NCBI GenBank assembly: GCA_041498975.1
Contig: JBGQJI010000036.1
Coordinates: 1 to 20,321 of the forward strand
DNA from: Candidatus Methylomirabilis sp.
GTDB taxonomy: Bacteria > Methylomirabilota > Methylomirabilia > Methylomirabilales > Methylomirabilaceae
DNA: 20,321 nt
Direction: 5' to 3'
The number at the start of each line of letters is the position of its first letter. The first letter of the stretch is position 1. The position numbers and the translations under genes were made by a program. The notes under the pieces were generated by a model, which ran no database searches, was not told the origin of the DNA, and worked only from the letters and a program-made list of their open reading frames with translations. This document shows, in pieces, positions 7,299-15,771 of the stretch.

Positions 7299-8417
7299 AT
7301 GGTTGCCACGGGATCAGGGGTGCTGACAAATTGGGTGCAGAAGATAGGAGAGCGGGTGCTGGCTGGGGGCGCGATCGCATACGAGGAGGCGGTCGAGCTG
7401 TTCGAGCGGTCCGACTACGATGTCCACGAGCTGTTCCACGTCGCCAATCGTCTGCGCCTCAACCGGTTTGGCAACCGGATCCACCTCTGCAGCATCGTGA
7501 ACGCCAAGAGCGGCAATTGCCCAGAGGACTGCGGCTTCTGCAGCCAGTCGGCCCGCCACGCCACACAGATCCCGACGTACGGCCTGATTTCAACCGAGGA
7601 GATGGTGACCGCGGCCAGGAAAGCCGGCGAGCAGGGCGCCTCTGCCCTTGGGGTGGTGGCAGCAGTCCGGGGCTACTCCGCAGCCTCCAAGGATTTTCAA
7701 AAGCTCGTCGAGGGGATCAAGGCGATCGTTAAGGACGGGCGGGTGGAGGGGCACGCCTCTCTCGGGATCATGGGCGACGAGGAGTTCCGCCAGCTCAAGG
7801 CTGCGGGCCTGACCGAGTTCAATCACAACCTGGAGACCGGGCGCTCCTACTTCCCGAAGATTTGCACCACCCACACCTACGGAGAGCGAGTCAACACCAT
7901 CAAGGCCGCTAAGGCCGCAGGGATCCGCGTTTGCAGCGGCGGGATCATCGGGATGGGGGAGGAGCCGTTTCACCGTGCCGAGCTGGCCTTCGCCCTCAGA
8001 GAGCTCGACGTGGACGAGGTCCCTCTGAACTTTTTGGTCTCCGTTGATGGGACTAGGCTGGCGAAGGCCACTCCGTTGCCGCCGCTGGAGATGCTGAAGG
8101 CGATCGCGCTGTTTCGATGGATCCTCCCGACCAAGAACATCTTCATCTGCGCCGGCCGGCAGCATCTGGGTGAGCTGCAATCGATGATCTTCTTTGCCGG
8201 CGCCAGCGGGGTGATGGTTGGCGACTTCCTTACAACGAAGAACCGGAGCGTAAGCGACGACCTGAACATGTTCCGGGATTTAGGCCTCGCCTTCGATGGC
8301 CCCCTTTCCGCTGCTTCGACGGGGCTCAGCACAGGCCCTTCGACCGAGCTCAAGGCAGACCCAGAGCGACACGCCGCGACCGCTTCGACTGGGCTCAGGA
8401 CAAGCGCTCCCTACTGA
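7299..8417 (+). CDS. bioB: Biotin synthase (radical SAM) with a repeat-derived C-terminal tail
   Basis: NAKSGNCPEDCGFCSQS (CxxxCxxC), NHNLET, CSGGIIGMGE, VPLNFL and GDFLTT motifs. First gene of bioB-bioA-bioD. Confidence 0.96.
   Translation: MVATGSGVLTNWVQKIGERVLAGGAIAYEEAVELFERSDYDVHELFHVANRLRLNRFGNRIHLCSIVNAKSGNCPEDCGFCSQSARHATQIPTYGLISTEEMVTAARKAGEQGASALGVVAAVRGYSAASKDFQKLVEGIKAIVKDGRVEGHASLGIMGDEEFRQLKAAGLTEFNHNLETGRSYFPKICTTHTYGERVNTIKAAKAAGIRVCSGGIIGMGEEPFHRAELAFALRELDVDEVPLNFLVSVDGTRLAKATPLPPLEMLKAIALFRWILPTKNIFICAGRQHLGELQSMIFFAGASGVMVGDFLTTKNRSVSDDLNMFRDLGLAFDGPLSAASTGLSTGPSTELKADPERHAATASTGLRTSAPY
8314..8405 (+). repeat. Three copies of a 23-24 nt CTTCGAC-N3-GCTCAG element inside the bioB 3' end
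   Basis: CTTCGACGGGGCTCAGCACAGGC (8314-8336), CTTCGACCGAGCTCAAGGCAGAC (8338-8360), CTTCGACTGGGCTCAGGACAAGC (8383-8405). Confidence 0.85.
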
Positions 8418-8425
8418 CCTTCGCA

Positions 8426-9772
8426 ATGGCCTCCCGCAGCCATCGGCTCCGGCAGGATGACAAACGATACGTCTGGCACCCGTTCACCCAGATGCGGGAC
8501 TGGCTTCAGGAGTGCCACCCGATCATCGAGCGGGGTGAGGGGAGCTACCTGATCGACGTCGATGGCCGCCGGTACCTGGACGGCGTCTCGTCGCTCTGGG
8601 TCACTGTTCACGGCCATCGCAAAGCAGCCATTGATCAGGCGATCAGAACCCAGCTCTCCAAGATCGCTCACACCACCTTCCTCGGCCTTTCCCACCCCAC
8701 GGCGATCGAACTGTCCAAGGCGCTGATCCGGATCGCCCCCGATGGTCTCTCCAAGGTCTTCTACTCCGATAACGGCGCGACGGCCGTCGAGATCGCCCTG
8801 AAGATGGCGTTTCAGTACTGGCAGCAGCGTGCTGGGGCGTTTCGCCGGAAGACCCGGTTCATCGCCCTGGAAGAGGCGTACCACGGCGATACGGTGGGCG
8901 CGGTGAGCGTCGGTGGTATCGAACTGTTCCACCAGCTCTACCGGCCGCTCCTCTTCCCGACCTGGAAGATCCCATCGCCGTACCGGGCGCCATGGGACCG
9001 CGCGCGACGCCCCGACCCGGTCGCGCGGCTCGAGGCCCTCCTCAGGCGACACCACGATCGCGTGGCTGCCTTGGTCATGGAGCCATTGATGCAGGCGGCA
9101 GCGGGGATGCTCCCCTCGCCGCCAGGCTTCTTGAAGGCTGTTCGGTCGCTCTGCTCTGAATACAACGTCCTGCTGATCCTCGACGAGGTTGCGACCGGAT
9201 TCGGTCGGACGGGGACGATGTTTGCCTGCGAGCAGGAAGGGGTGACGCCTGATCTGCTCTGTCTGGCAAAAGGGATCACCGGTGGCTACCTTCCGCTTGC
9301 CGCAACGCTGACGACGCAGGAGATCTTCGACGGCTTCTGCGCCCCCTTTGGCGAGAAGAAGGCCTTCTTTCACGGTCATACGTATACCGCCAACCCGCTG
9401 GCCTGCGCCGCCGCTTTGGCCAACCTCCGCTGTTTTCAGCGCGAGCGGACACTGAAGCTGCTCCAACCTAAGATCGCGTTGCTCCGCAAGGAGCTGGAAA
9501 CGCTTCGTTCGCTGTCGCATGTGGGCGACATCCGGCGGGTGGGGTTCATGGTCGGGATCGAACTGATGCAGGACCGGGAGCGAGGAGAGCCGTACCCATA
9601 CGAATCGAAGATGGGGATTCGGACGATCCTGGAATCCAGGCGGCGTGGGCTGATCATCAGGCCGCTGGGGAATGTGATTGTCCTGATGCCGCCGCTTTCG
9701 ATCGCTAGCGCCGATCTCACCCGGATGGTTCGGACTGTGGGGGACTCGATCGCGGCGGCAACCGGAAGATGA
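8426..9772 (+). CDS. bioA: 7,8-diaminopelargonate aminotransferase (class III PLP)
   Basis: WHPFTQM, SSLWVTVHGH, YHGDT, DEVATGFGRTG, AKGITGGY (PLP lysine) and HGHTYTANP motifs. Lies between bioB and bioD. Confidence 0.95.
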   Translation: MASRSHRLRQDDKRYVWHPFTQMRDWLQECHPIIERGEGSYLIDVDGRRYLDGVSSLWVTVHGHRKAAIDQAIRTQLSKIAHTTFLGLSHPTAIELSKALIRIAPDGLSKVFYSDNGATAVEIALKMAFQYWQQRAGAFRRKTRFIALEEAYHGDTVGAVSVGGIELFHQLYRPLLFPTWKIPSPYRAPWDRARRPDPVARLEALLRRHHDRVAALVMEPLMQAAAGMLPSPPGFLKAVRSLCSEYNVLLILDEVATGFGRTGTMFACEQEGVTPDLLCLAKGITGGYLPLAATLTTQEIFDGFCAPFGEKKAFFHGHTYTANPLACAAALANLRCFQRERTLKLLQPKIALLRKELETLRSLSHVGDIRRVGFMVGIELMQDRERGEPYPYESKMGIRTILESRRRGLIIRPLGNVIVLMPPLSIASADLTRMVRTVGDSIAAATGR

Positions 9773-9825
9773 GGGTCGGCGTCATGCCTGATAGATAGCA
9801 TGCAGTGGGGGCTGCCCGCGACGAG

Positions 9826-9921
9826 CCCATCATCCGGGCCTTCTCCCCTGAGGGGAGCCTTCGACAAGCGCTCGGCTGAGCCTTGTCGAAGCCTCAGGCG
9901 AGCGAAGGAGAGGTTGAGGGG
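9826..9921. repeat. Triple-nested repeat: palindrome containing a 23-nt element containing an inverted 24-nt element
   Basis: Removing 9869-9892 gives CCTTCGACAAGCTCAGGCGAGCG. Removing 9858-9904 restores the perfect stem CCTTCTCCCC-TGA-GGGGAGAAGG. Confidence 0.85.
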
Positions 9922-9975
9922 TCAGGTGGTGGTCGATTTATTGAAGGGTCACAACACTCACCGAGCAACAGGCCC

Positions 9976-10023
9976 GCTTCGCCGGGGCTCAGGCTGCGCA
10001 CTGAGCCTGCCGAAGTGACAGGC
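9976..10023. repeat. Double-nested 24+24 nt element at the bioD start
   Basis: GCTTCGCCGGGGCTCAG|GACAGGC is split by 9993-10016, whose reverse complement is ACTTCGGCAGGCTCAGTGCGCAGC. Confidence 0.8.
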
Positions 10024-10743
10024 CTGCTGGTCACCGGGACTGACACCGGGGTCGGCAAAACGCTGGTCACCGCCGCGCTCGCCGCGGCGCTGCGCGTGCG
10101 CGGGATCGACGTCGGTGTTATGAAGCCGATCGAGACCGGCTGCCCCACCCGGCGAGGTCGCCTGCTGCCGCGGGATGCCTTGACGCTTCGAGAGGCATCA
10201 GGATCGCGCGACGGGCTTGACCTGATCAACCCGTATCGCTTCCGGGAGGCGCTGGCGCCGATGGTTGCGGCGCAGCGAGCCGGCCGCCGCATCGATATCG
10301 GAGTGTTGAAAGAACGGTTCGGTCGTCTGTCCAGTCGGCATGCTGCGGTCCTGGTCGAGGGGGCTGGGGGTTTGCTGGTTCCGATCACGGAAGACGCGTC
10401 GTTCCTCGATCTATCGGCCATCCTGCGGCTGCCCCTGCTCGTGGTGATAGGATCAAGACTCGGCGCGCTGAACCACGCCAGGCTGACTGTGGAGGCGGCT
10501 CTGCATGCCCGCCAGCCGGTGGCCGGGGTGATCCTGAACCAGCCAAGCCCAGACCGGTCGCTCGCCCGAAAGACGAATCTGTCGGCCCTCCGGCAGCTCT
10601 TGCCGGTCCCTGTCCTCGGCGAGATCCCGTACGTCGCGGGCCCTGGAGATCAGCCTTCCTGGCGCCATCCCCGCATCCAGCGAATCCTCGCCCTGTCCCT
10701 TAGGCGGCTTCTCCCGGAGGTTCTCGGAGAGGATGAGGCATAG
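10015..10743 (+). CDS. bioD: Dethiobiotin synthase
   Basis: VTGTDTGVGKT P-loop, MKPIETG, VEGAGGLLVP and LGALNH motifs. The start is uncertain: GTG 10015 was chosen, and the frame is open from TTG 9883 through repeat-derived sequence. Confidence 0.93.
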   Translation: MTGLLVTGTDTGVGKTLVTAALAAALRVRGIDVGVMKPIETGCPTRRGRLLPRDALTLREASGSRDGLDLINPYRFREALAPMVAAQRAGRRIDIGVLKERFGRLSSRHAAVLVEGAGGLLVPITEDASFLDLSAILRLPLLVVIGSRLGALNHARLTVEAALHARQPVAGVILNQPSPDRSLARKTNLSALRQLLPVPVLGEIPYVAGPGDQPSWRHPRIQRILALSLRRLLPEVLGEDEA

Positions 10744-11390
10744 TGAAGGAGCGTCGGCCCGCGATCTTCGGACTGTTCCTCCTCCTGCTCACTTCGTGCG
10801 CTGTGCCGGGGCTGCGGTCGAGGTCCTGGGAGGGGGTGTCCGGCGAAGTCGGCCTGGCATCCTGGTACGGTGTGCCGTATCACGGTCGCCGGACCAGCAG
10901 TGGTGAGGTCTACGATATGTACCAACTGACGGCAGCCCACCGCGAAATCCCGCTCGGGAGCTGGGTCGAAGTGACGAATCTCACCAATACCCGTTCCCTC
11001 ACTGTCAGGGTCAATGATCGCGGGCCCTTCGTGGAGGGGAGGATCATTGACTTGTCGTATGCCGCAGCCTCTCTGCTCGGGGTCACAGGGCCGGGGGTGG
11101 TGCCCGTCCGGGTTCGGCTCGCTCAAGCGCCTCAGGGCGCATTCGGCCCGTCGCGCTTTCTCGTTCAGGTGGCCTCGTTCACCGCAGAATCGAGCGCTCA
11201 GACGCTGAAAGGGGAGCTGGAACGAACGTTTCGCGGAGTTCATCTCATGAAGGCCATGGTCGGTGGAGAGGTGTACTATCGGGTCCGGATCGGGAGCTTT
11301 TCATCCCGCGCCGACGCCCAGGCAACAGCGGAGCAGCTCGCCGGGCTCGGGTATCGGGTGCTGATCATGGGGGCTGAAGAGCGGCTATGA
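10743..11390 (+). CDS. rlpA: Septal ring lytic transglycosylase RlpA family lipoprotein (DPBB + SPOR)
   Basis: Lipobox LTSC, GLASWYG, TAAH, VRVNDRGPF and RIIDLSYAAA motifs. C-terminal SPOR-like VQVASF..YRVRIG. Confidence 0.92.
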   Translation: MKERRPAIFGLFLLLLTSCAVPGLRSRSWEGVSGEVGLASWYGVPYHGRRTSSGEVYDMYQLTAAHREIPLGSWVEVTNLTNTRSLTVRVNDRGPFVEGRIIDLSYAAASLLGVTGPGVVPVRVRLAQAPQGAFGPSRFLVQVASFTAESSAQTLKGELERTFRGVHLMKAMVGGEVYYRVRIGSFSSRADAQATAEQLAGLGYRVLIMGAEERL

Positions 11391-11416
11391 GATGCCCGAC
11401 AACAAGCGGAAAAGGC

Positions 11417-11446
11417 TTGACACTTCCCCCCCGATCCTGATACATT
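11417..11446 (+). promoter_or_regulatory. Sigma70-type promoter upstream of the M23 gene
   Basis: TTGACA (11417-11422), 18-bp spacer, extended -10 TGaTACATT (11438-11446). Confidence 0.7.
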
Positions 11447-11543
11447 CCCCCGACACTATCTTCACTGGCGTTGTGACCCGGACCGACTCCTGGGTCGGTT
11501 TTCGTCCAGCGCACCTGTCCTCCGCAGGAAAGGATATGACGAG

Positions 11544-12485
11544 ATGGCGAAGAAATTCTACACGGTCCTTGTCCTTCCAGACGCCAGCTCCCAGATCCGA
11601 AGGTTTCACATCGCCAAGTCCCTCCTCGGCGGTCTTGCCGCCGCCGCGAGCATGATTTTCGTCGCCTTCCTGTTCTTCATCTATCAGGCGGTCAGCCTTA
11701 ATGGCCACATGTTGGAGTTGCGACAACTCAGGGTGGCGGCAAATCAGCAAGCCAGCCTCACGCAGAAGGTTGACCGTCTCGAGAATGAGTTGATCCGGCT
11801 CCGGGAATTCGACCTTCGTTTGCGGACGGCAGCCGGTCTGGAGACGAGGGAGGGGGAAGGTTCGTTCTTCGGCGTTGGCGGGTCGGATACGTTGAGTTCC
11901 GGGGCCCTGATGGTCGCGGCCATCGCTCACCAGACGCCATCTCCTGGCCCTCTGACCAAGGAGCTCGATCGTCTCAGCCAGGAGATGAGCGACCGCAGCA
12001 AAAGCTTCCAGGAGCTGGTCGATCAACTTCAGGCGAAACGCAGCGTGTTGGCCTCCACCCCCACCATCTGGCCTGTCAAAGGATGGCTGACGGCCGGGTT
12101 CGGGTATCGGCGCTCCCCCTTCACGGGGCTCCGACAGATGCATGAAGGGGTCGATATCTCGAATACCGTCGGGACACCGGTCATCGCCCCTGCCGACGGT
12201 GTCATCTCATACACGGGCCCGCTTGGCGGCTTCGGCAACGTGATCTCCATCGACCACGGCCACAGGATCGGCACCTTCTATGGGCACTTACTCCAGCAAA
12301 AGGTGTCCCAGGGACAGCGGGTGAGAAGGGGAGACATCATCGCCCTCGTGGGAACAACAGGCCGCGCGACCGGGCCTCACCTCCATTATGAGATCCAGGT
12401 GAACGGGGCGCCGGTTGATCCAAGCAGGTATGTGATCGATCCGGAAGCGGTGAAATTCCTTGGGGACGGCGAAACGGCCGAGTAG
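11544..12485 (+). CDS. M23 family metallopeptidase (N-terminal TM helix, coiled coil)
   Basis: HEGVD (HxxxD) and GPHLHYE (HxH) zinc motifs, TPTIWPVKGW and YGHL. AAGGA Shine-Dalgarno. Confidence 0.92.
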   Translation: MAKKFYTVLVLPDASSQIRRFHIAKSLLGGLAAAASMIFVAFLFFIYQAVSLNGHMLELRQLRVAANQQASLTQKVDRLENELIRLREFDLRLRTAAGLETREGEGSFFGVGGSDTLSSGALMVAAIAHQTPSPGPLTKELDRLSQEMSDRSKSFQELVDQLQAKRSVLASTPTIWPVKGWLTAGFGYRRSPFTGLRQMHEGVDISNTVGTPVIAPADGVISYTGPLGGFGNVISIDHGHRIGTFYGHLLQQKVSQGQRVRRGDIIALVGTTGRATGPHLHYEIQVNGAPVDPSRYVIDPEAVKFLGDGETAE

Positions 12486-12530
12486 CAGAGCAGCGCTCGT
12501 CTCCGTGTGTCGGGGATAGTCGGGCCAACG

Positions 12531-12566
12531 CCCCCGGAGGATCGGCTCCTCCGGGGGTTTTTCTTT
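12531..12566 (+). terminator. Rho-independent terminator after the M23 gene
   Basis: 11-bp perfect stem CCCCCGGAGGA/TCCTCCGGGGG with a 5-nt loop, followed by TTTTTCTTT. Confidence 0.9.
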
Positions 12567-12608
12567 CTGCCCTGCCGAATCCAGCCATCCACGGGTCGGC
12601 CTTTGCGG

Positions 12609-12637
12609 TTGAAGCGCGTAGGGTTCTGTGCTAGTAT
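12609..12637 (+). promoter_or_regulatory. Sigma70-type promoter for secA
   Basis: TTGAAG (12609-12614), 17-bp spacer, extended -10 TGcTAGTAT. Lies between the terminator and the secA Shine-Dalgarno. Confidence 0.6.
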
Positions 12638-12678
12638 CCCTTTGAAATCGCTGCACATTGGGAGGAGAGAACCCGGAA

Positions 12679-15504
12679 ATGTTTATGAAACTGGTATCCA
12701 AGGTTGTCGGAACCAAGAACGAGCGGGAGCTGAAGCGGATCCAACCGATGGTCGCTGCGACCAACGAGCTGGAACCCGCGATGAGGGCGCTCTCCGACGA
12801 CGACCTTCGCAAGAAGACGGCCGAGTTCAAGGAGCGGATCGCCCAGGGGGCAGCCCTCGACGGTCTCCTTGTCGAGGCCTTCGCCGTCGCTCGGGAGGCA
12901 GGTCGGCGCGTCCTCGACATGCGCCACTTCGATGTCCAACTCCTTGGCGGCATCGTCCTGCACGAAGGGAAGATCGCCGAGATGGCCACCGGCGAGGGCA
13001 AAACGCTGGTGGCGACCCTGCCCGTCTACCTGAATGCGCTGGAAGGGAACGGCGTCCACGTCGTCACGGTCAACGACTACCTGGCCAAGCGAGATAGCCA
13101 GTGGATGGGTGGGATCTACCGGTTCCTGGGGCTCTCCGTCGGCCTGATCCAGCACGACATGGACGACGCGGGCCGCAAGGTCGCGTATGGCGCCGACGTC
13201 ACCTACGGGACGAATAACGAATACGGTTTTGACTATCTGCGGGATAATATGAAGTTCGCCGCTGCGGACTTCGTGCAGCGGGACCTGCATTATGCCATCG
13301 TCGATGAGGTGGACTCGATCCTGATCGATGAAGCCCGAACGCCACTCATCATCTCCGGACCGGCGGAGGAATCGACCGAGAAGTACTACCAGATCGACCG
13401 GATCATCCCCCGGCTGAAGCGGGGCGCCACGATCGCGGGCGGGAAGTTGTACGAAGCAGAGGCGCAGGGCTCCGGCGATTACGTCGTGGACGAGAAGGCG
13501 AAGTCGGTTGCCCTCAGTGAAAGCGGCGTGGCCAAGGTAGAGGGCCTCCTGGGGGTGAAGAATCTTTACGACCCGGCCAACATGGACCTTGTCCACCACG
13601 TCCAGCAAGGGCTGAAGGCCCATGTCCTGTTCAGGCGGGACGTGGACTATGTGGTCAAGGATGGCGAGGTGGTCATCGTCGATGAGTTCACCGGGCGGAT
13701 GATGCCCGGGAGGCGCTGGAGCGACGGGCTCCATCAGGCGGTGGAGGCCAAAGAGCGGGTCAAAATCGAGCGGGAGAACCAGACACTGGCCACCATCACC
13801 TTCCAGAACTACTTCCGGATGTATAAGAAGCTGGCTGGAATGACCGGGACCGCCGATACCGAGGCGGCCGAGTTCGCCCAGATCTACAATCTGGATGTGA
13901 TGGTGATCCCGACCAACCGACACCTGATCCGGACCAACTACCCCGACGTGGTCTATAAGACAGAAAGGGAGAAGTACGACGCTGTTGTGGAGGAGATCGC
14001 CGAGCTGCACGGGATCGGGCGGCCGGTGCTGGTCGGGACCACCTCGATCGAGAAGAATGAAAAGCTCTCGGCCTTGCTGAAGCGAAAGGGCATCCCTCAC
14101 CAGGTCCTGAACGCCAAGCACCACGAGCGGGAGGCGGAGATCGTGGCCCAAGCCGGGCGCTTCAAGGCGCTCACCATCTCCACCAATATGGCGGGCCGCG
14201 GGACCGATATCCTCCTGGGCGGCAACCCGAAGTTCCTGGCGGCCGAGATGGTTCGGCGGGGCGACGTGCCGGAGGATGGGGACGATCCTCAGGGATTCGC
14301 CAGGACGCTGGAGGGAGTCCGGCAGATGCAGCGATACGGCCTGCTCGACCTCTCGGTGGACGTGGAGGAGTACGGCGCGGCGCTCGCCGTGGTTCAAAAG
14401 CAAACCGAGGCCGAGCACCAGCAGGTGGTGGAGCTGGGCGGCCTGCACATCATCGCGACTGAGCGTCACGAGGCTCGGCGTATCGACAACCAGCTCCGAG
14501 GACGTGCCGGCCGACAGGGCGACCCCGGCTCGTCCCGGTTCTATCTCTCGCTCGAGGACGATCTCCTCCGCCTGTTCGGCTCCGACCGGATCAGCAAGAT
14601 CATGGAGAGGCTGGGCATGGAGGAAGGGGAGCCGATCGAGCACAACATGGTCACCCGGGCGATCGAGACGGCCCAGAAGCGCGTAGAGGCGCACAACTTC
14701 GAGATCCGCAAGCACCTCCTGGAATACGATGATGTGATGAACAGGCAGCGCCAGATCATCTACGGCGAACGGTGCAAGATCCTGGAAGGGGAGAATCTGG
14801 AGGACACCCTTGCCGAGATGCGCAGTGAGGTGATCGACGGATTGCTGGCCTTGTACACCAATGAGGAGACCTATCCGGAGGAATGGGACCTCGTGGCCCT
14901 TGCCGAGGCGGTCAAGCGCCAGTTCGACCTGGAGATCTCCTGGCCGGCTGAGGAGGTGCCATCGCTGACCCAGGCCCTGTTACGGGATAGCATCGAGGAG
15001 CGGGCGCTCAAGGCCTATGAAGAGCGGGAAGCCAAGCTGGGTCCGGAGATGCTCCGGTATCTGGAACGGATGATCATGTTGCAGGTAGTGGACTCGCAGT
15101 GGAAGGACCACCTCCTGGCCATGGATCATCTGAATGAGGGGATCGGGCTTCGCGGGTACGGTCAGAAAGATCCCCTCATCGAGTACAAACGTGAAGGATT
15201 CGAGATGTTCGAGGCGATGGTCGAGCGGGTCAAGCAGCAGACCGTCGAGTACCTCTACAGAGTTCAAGTTGCCCCCGCCGAATCCTTTCCCTTTGACGAG
15301 GCGGGGGTCGCATCCCCGGCTGGTGCCGGGGATGGCGACCTTCTCAGCCGGCCCCGACCGAGGTCACAGCCCAAACCCTCAGAGCGCTCGCTGCGCCCGA
15401 TGGCTGCGGCGGCTCCCATCAAGGTGGCTGGGAAGAAGATCGGCCGCAACGAGCCCTGTCCCTGCGGCAGTGGCAGGAAATACAAGAAGTGCTGCGGCGC
15501 TTGA
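12679..15504 (+). CDS. secA: Preprotein translocase ATPase SecA
   Basis: MATGEGKT Walker [42 protein letters not shown] and C-terminal [24 protein letters not shown] (12661-12667) favours ATG 12679. Confidence 0.98.
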   Translation: MFMKLVSKVVGTKNERELKRIQPMVAATNELEPAMRALSDDDLRKKTAEFKERIAQGAALDGLLVEAFAVAREAGRRVLDMRHFDVQLLGGIVLHEGKIAEMATGEGKTLVATLPVYLNALEGNGVHVVTVNDYLAKRDSQWMGGIYRFLGLSVGLIQHDMDDAGRKVAYGADVTYGTNNEYGFDYLRDNMKFAAADFVQRDLHYAIVDEVDSILIDEARTPLIISGPAEESTEKYYQIDRIIPRLKRGATIAGGKLYEAEAQGSGDYVVDEKAKSVALSESGVAKVEGLLGVKNLYDPANMDLVHHVQQGLKAHVLFRRDVDYVVKDGEVVIVDEFTGRMMPGRRWSDGLHQAVEAKERVKIERENQTLATITFQNYFRMYKKLAGMTGTADTEAAEFAQIYNLDVMVIPTNRHLIRTNYPDVVYKTEREKYDAVVEEIAELHGIGRPVLVGTTSIEKNEKLSALLKRKGIPHQVLNAKHHEREAEIVAQAGRFKALTISTNMAGRGTDILLGGNPKFLAAEMVRRGDVPEDGDDPQGFARTLEGVRQMQRYGLLDLSVDVEEYGAALAVVQKQTEAEHQQVVELGGLHIIATERHEARRIDNQLRGRAGRQGDPGSSRFYLSLEDDLLRLFGSDRISKIMERLGMEEGEPIEHNMVTRAIETAQKRVEAHNFEIRKHLLEYDDVMNRQRQIIYGERCKILEGENLEDTLAEMRSEVIDGLLALYTNEETYPEEWDLVALAEAVKRQFDLEISWPAEEVPSLTQALLRDSIEERALKAYEEREAKLGPEMLRYLERMIMLQVVDSQWKDHLLAMDHLNEGIGLRGYGQKDPLIEYKREGFEMFEAMVERVKQQTVEYLYRVQVAPAESFPFDEAGVASPAGAGDGDLLSRPRPRSQPKPSERSLRPMAAAAPIKVAGKKIGRNEPCPCGSGRKYKKCCGA

Positions 15505-15771
15505 GCCTCGAGGCAGGGGTCACATGGAAGGGTCCGGGTGACCTCAGCTCGAACTGGCATTGATTCTCTTCCCGAGGTCCGATCGATTTCAGCCAGTGCT
15601 GGTGTTTGACCCCCAACGCCCCGACTCTCTTCCCCGGGTGGCAGAGGATTGAGCTGAATGGGGTCCTTGCGGCAGGGTCGCCTTGCCGCCCGATGGGGGC
15701 GGAGGCTCCCGCATGTCCAATCCGAGAACGGGTCTTTGAGGGGAGATTCTTCGTAGGAAAGTGGAGGAATC

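Noticed and set aside
8314..8405. Repeats as a possible mini CRISPR array
   Set aside because: The units are degenerate, separated by 1 and 22 nt, lie inside a CDS, and there is no leader or cas gene.
8411..9520. 369-aa ORF antisense to bioA, and similar antisense ORFs at 2252-3106, 3148-3894, 11385-12143 and 16078-16917
   Set aside because: Each lies opposite a well-supported gene and shows no family motifs.
9800..10018. 72-aa ORF between bioA and bioD as a real gene
   Set aside because: Mostly translated repeat DNA with no Shine-Dalgarno. Kept only as a possible coupling device in the bioD start finding.
14240..14400. Apparent insertion in SecA after GGNP
   Set aside because: Corresponds to the known variable (VAR) region of SecA, with no intein motifs or repeat sequence.
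12631..14715. 694-aa ORF antisense to secA
   Set aside because: Shadow ORF from GC-rich codon bias. It has no recognisable motifs and almost entirely overlaps an unambiguous secA.
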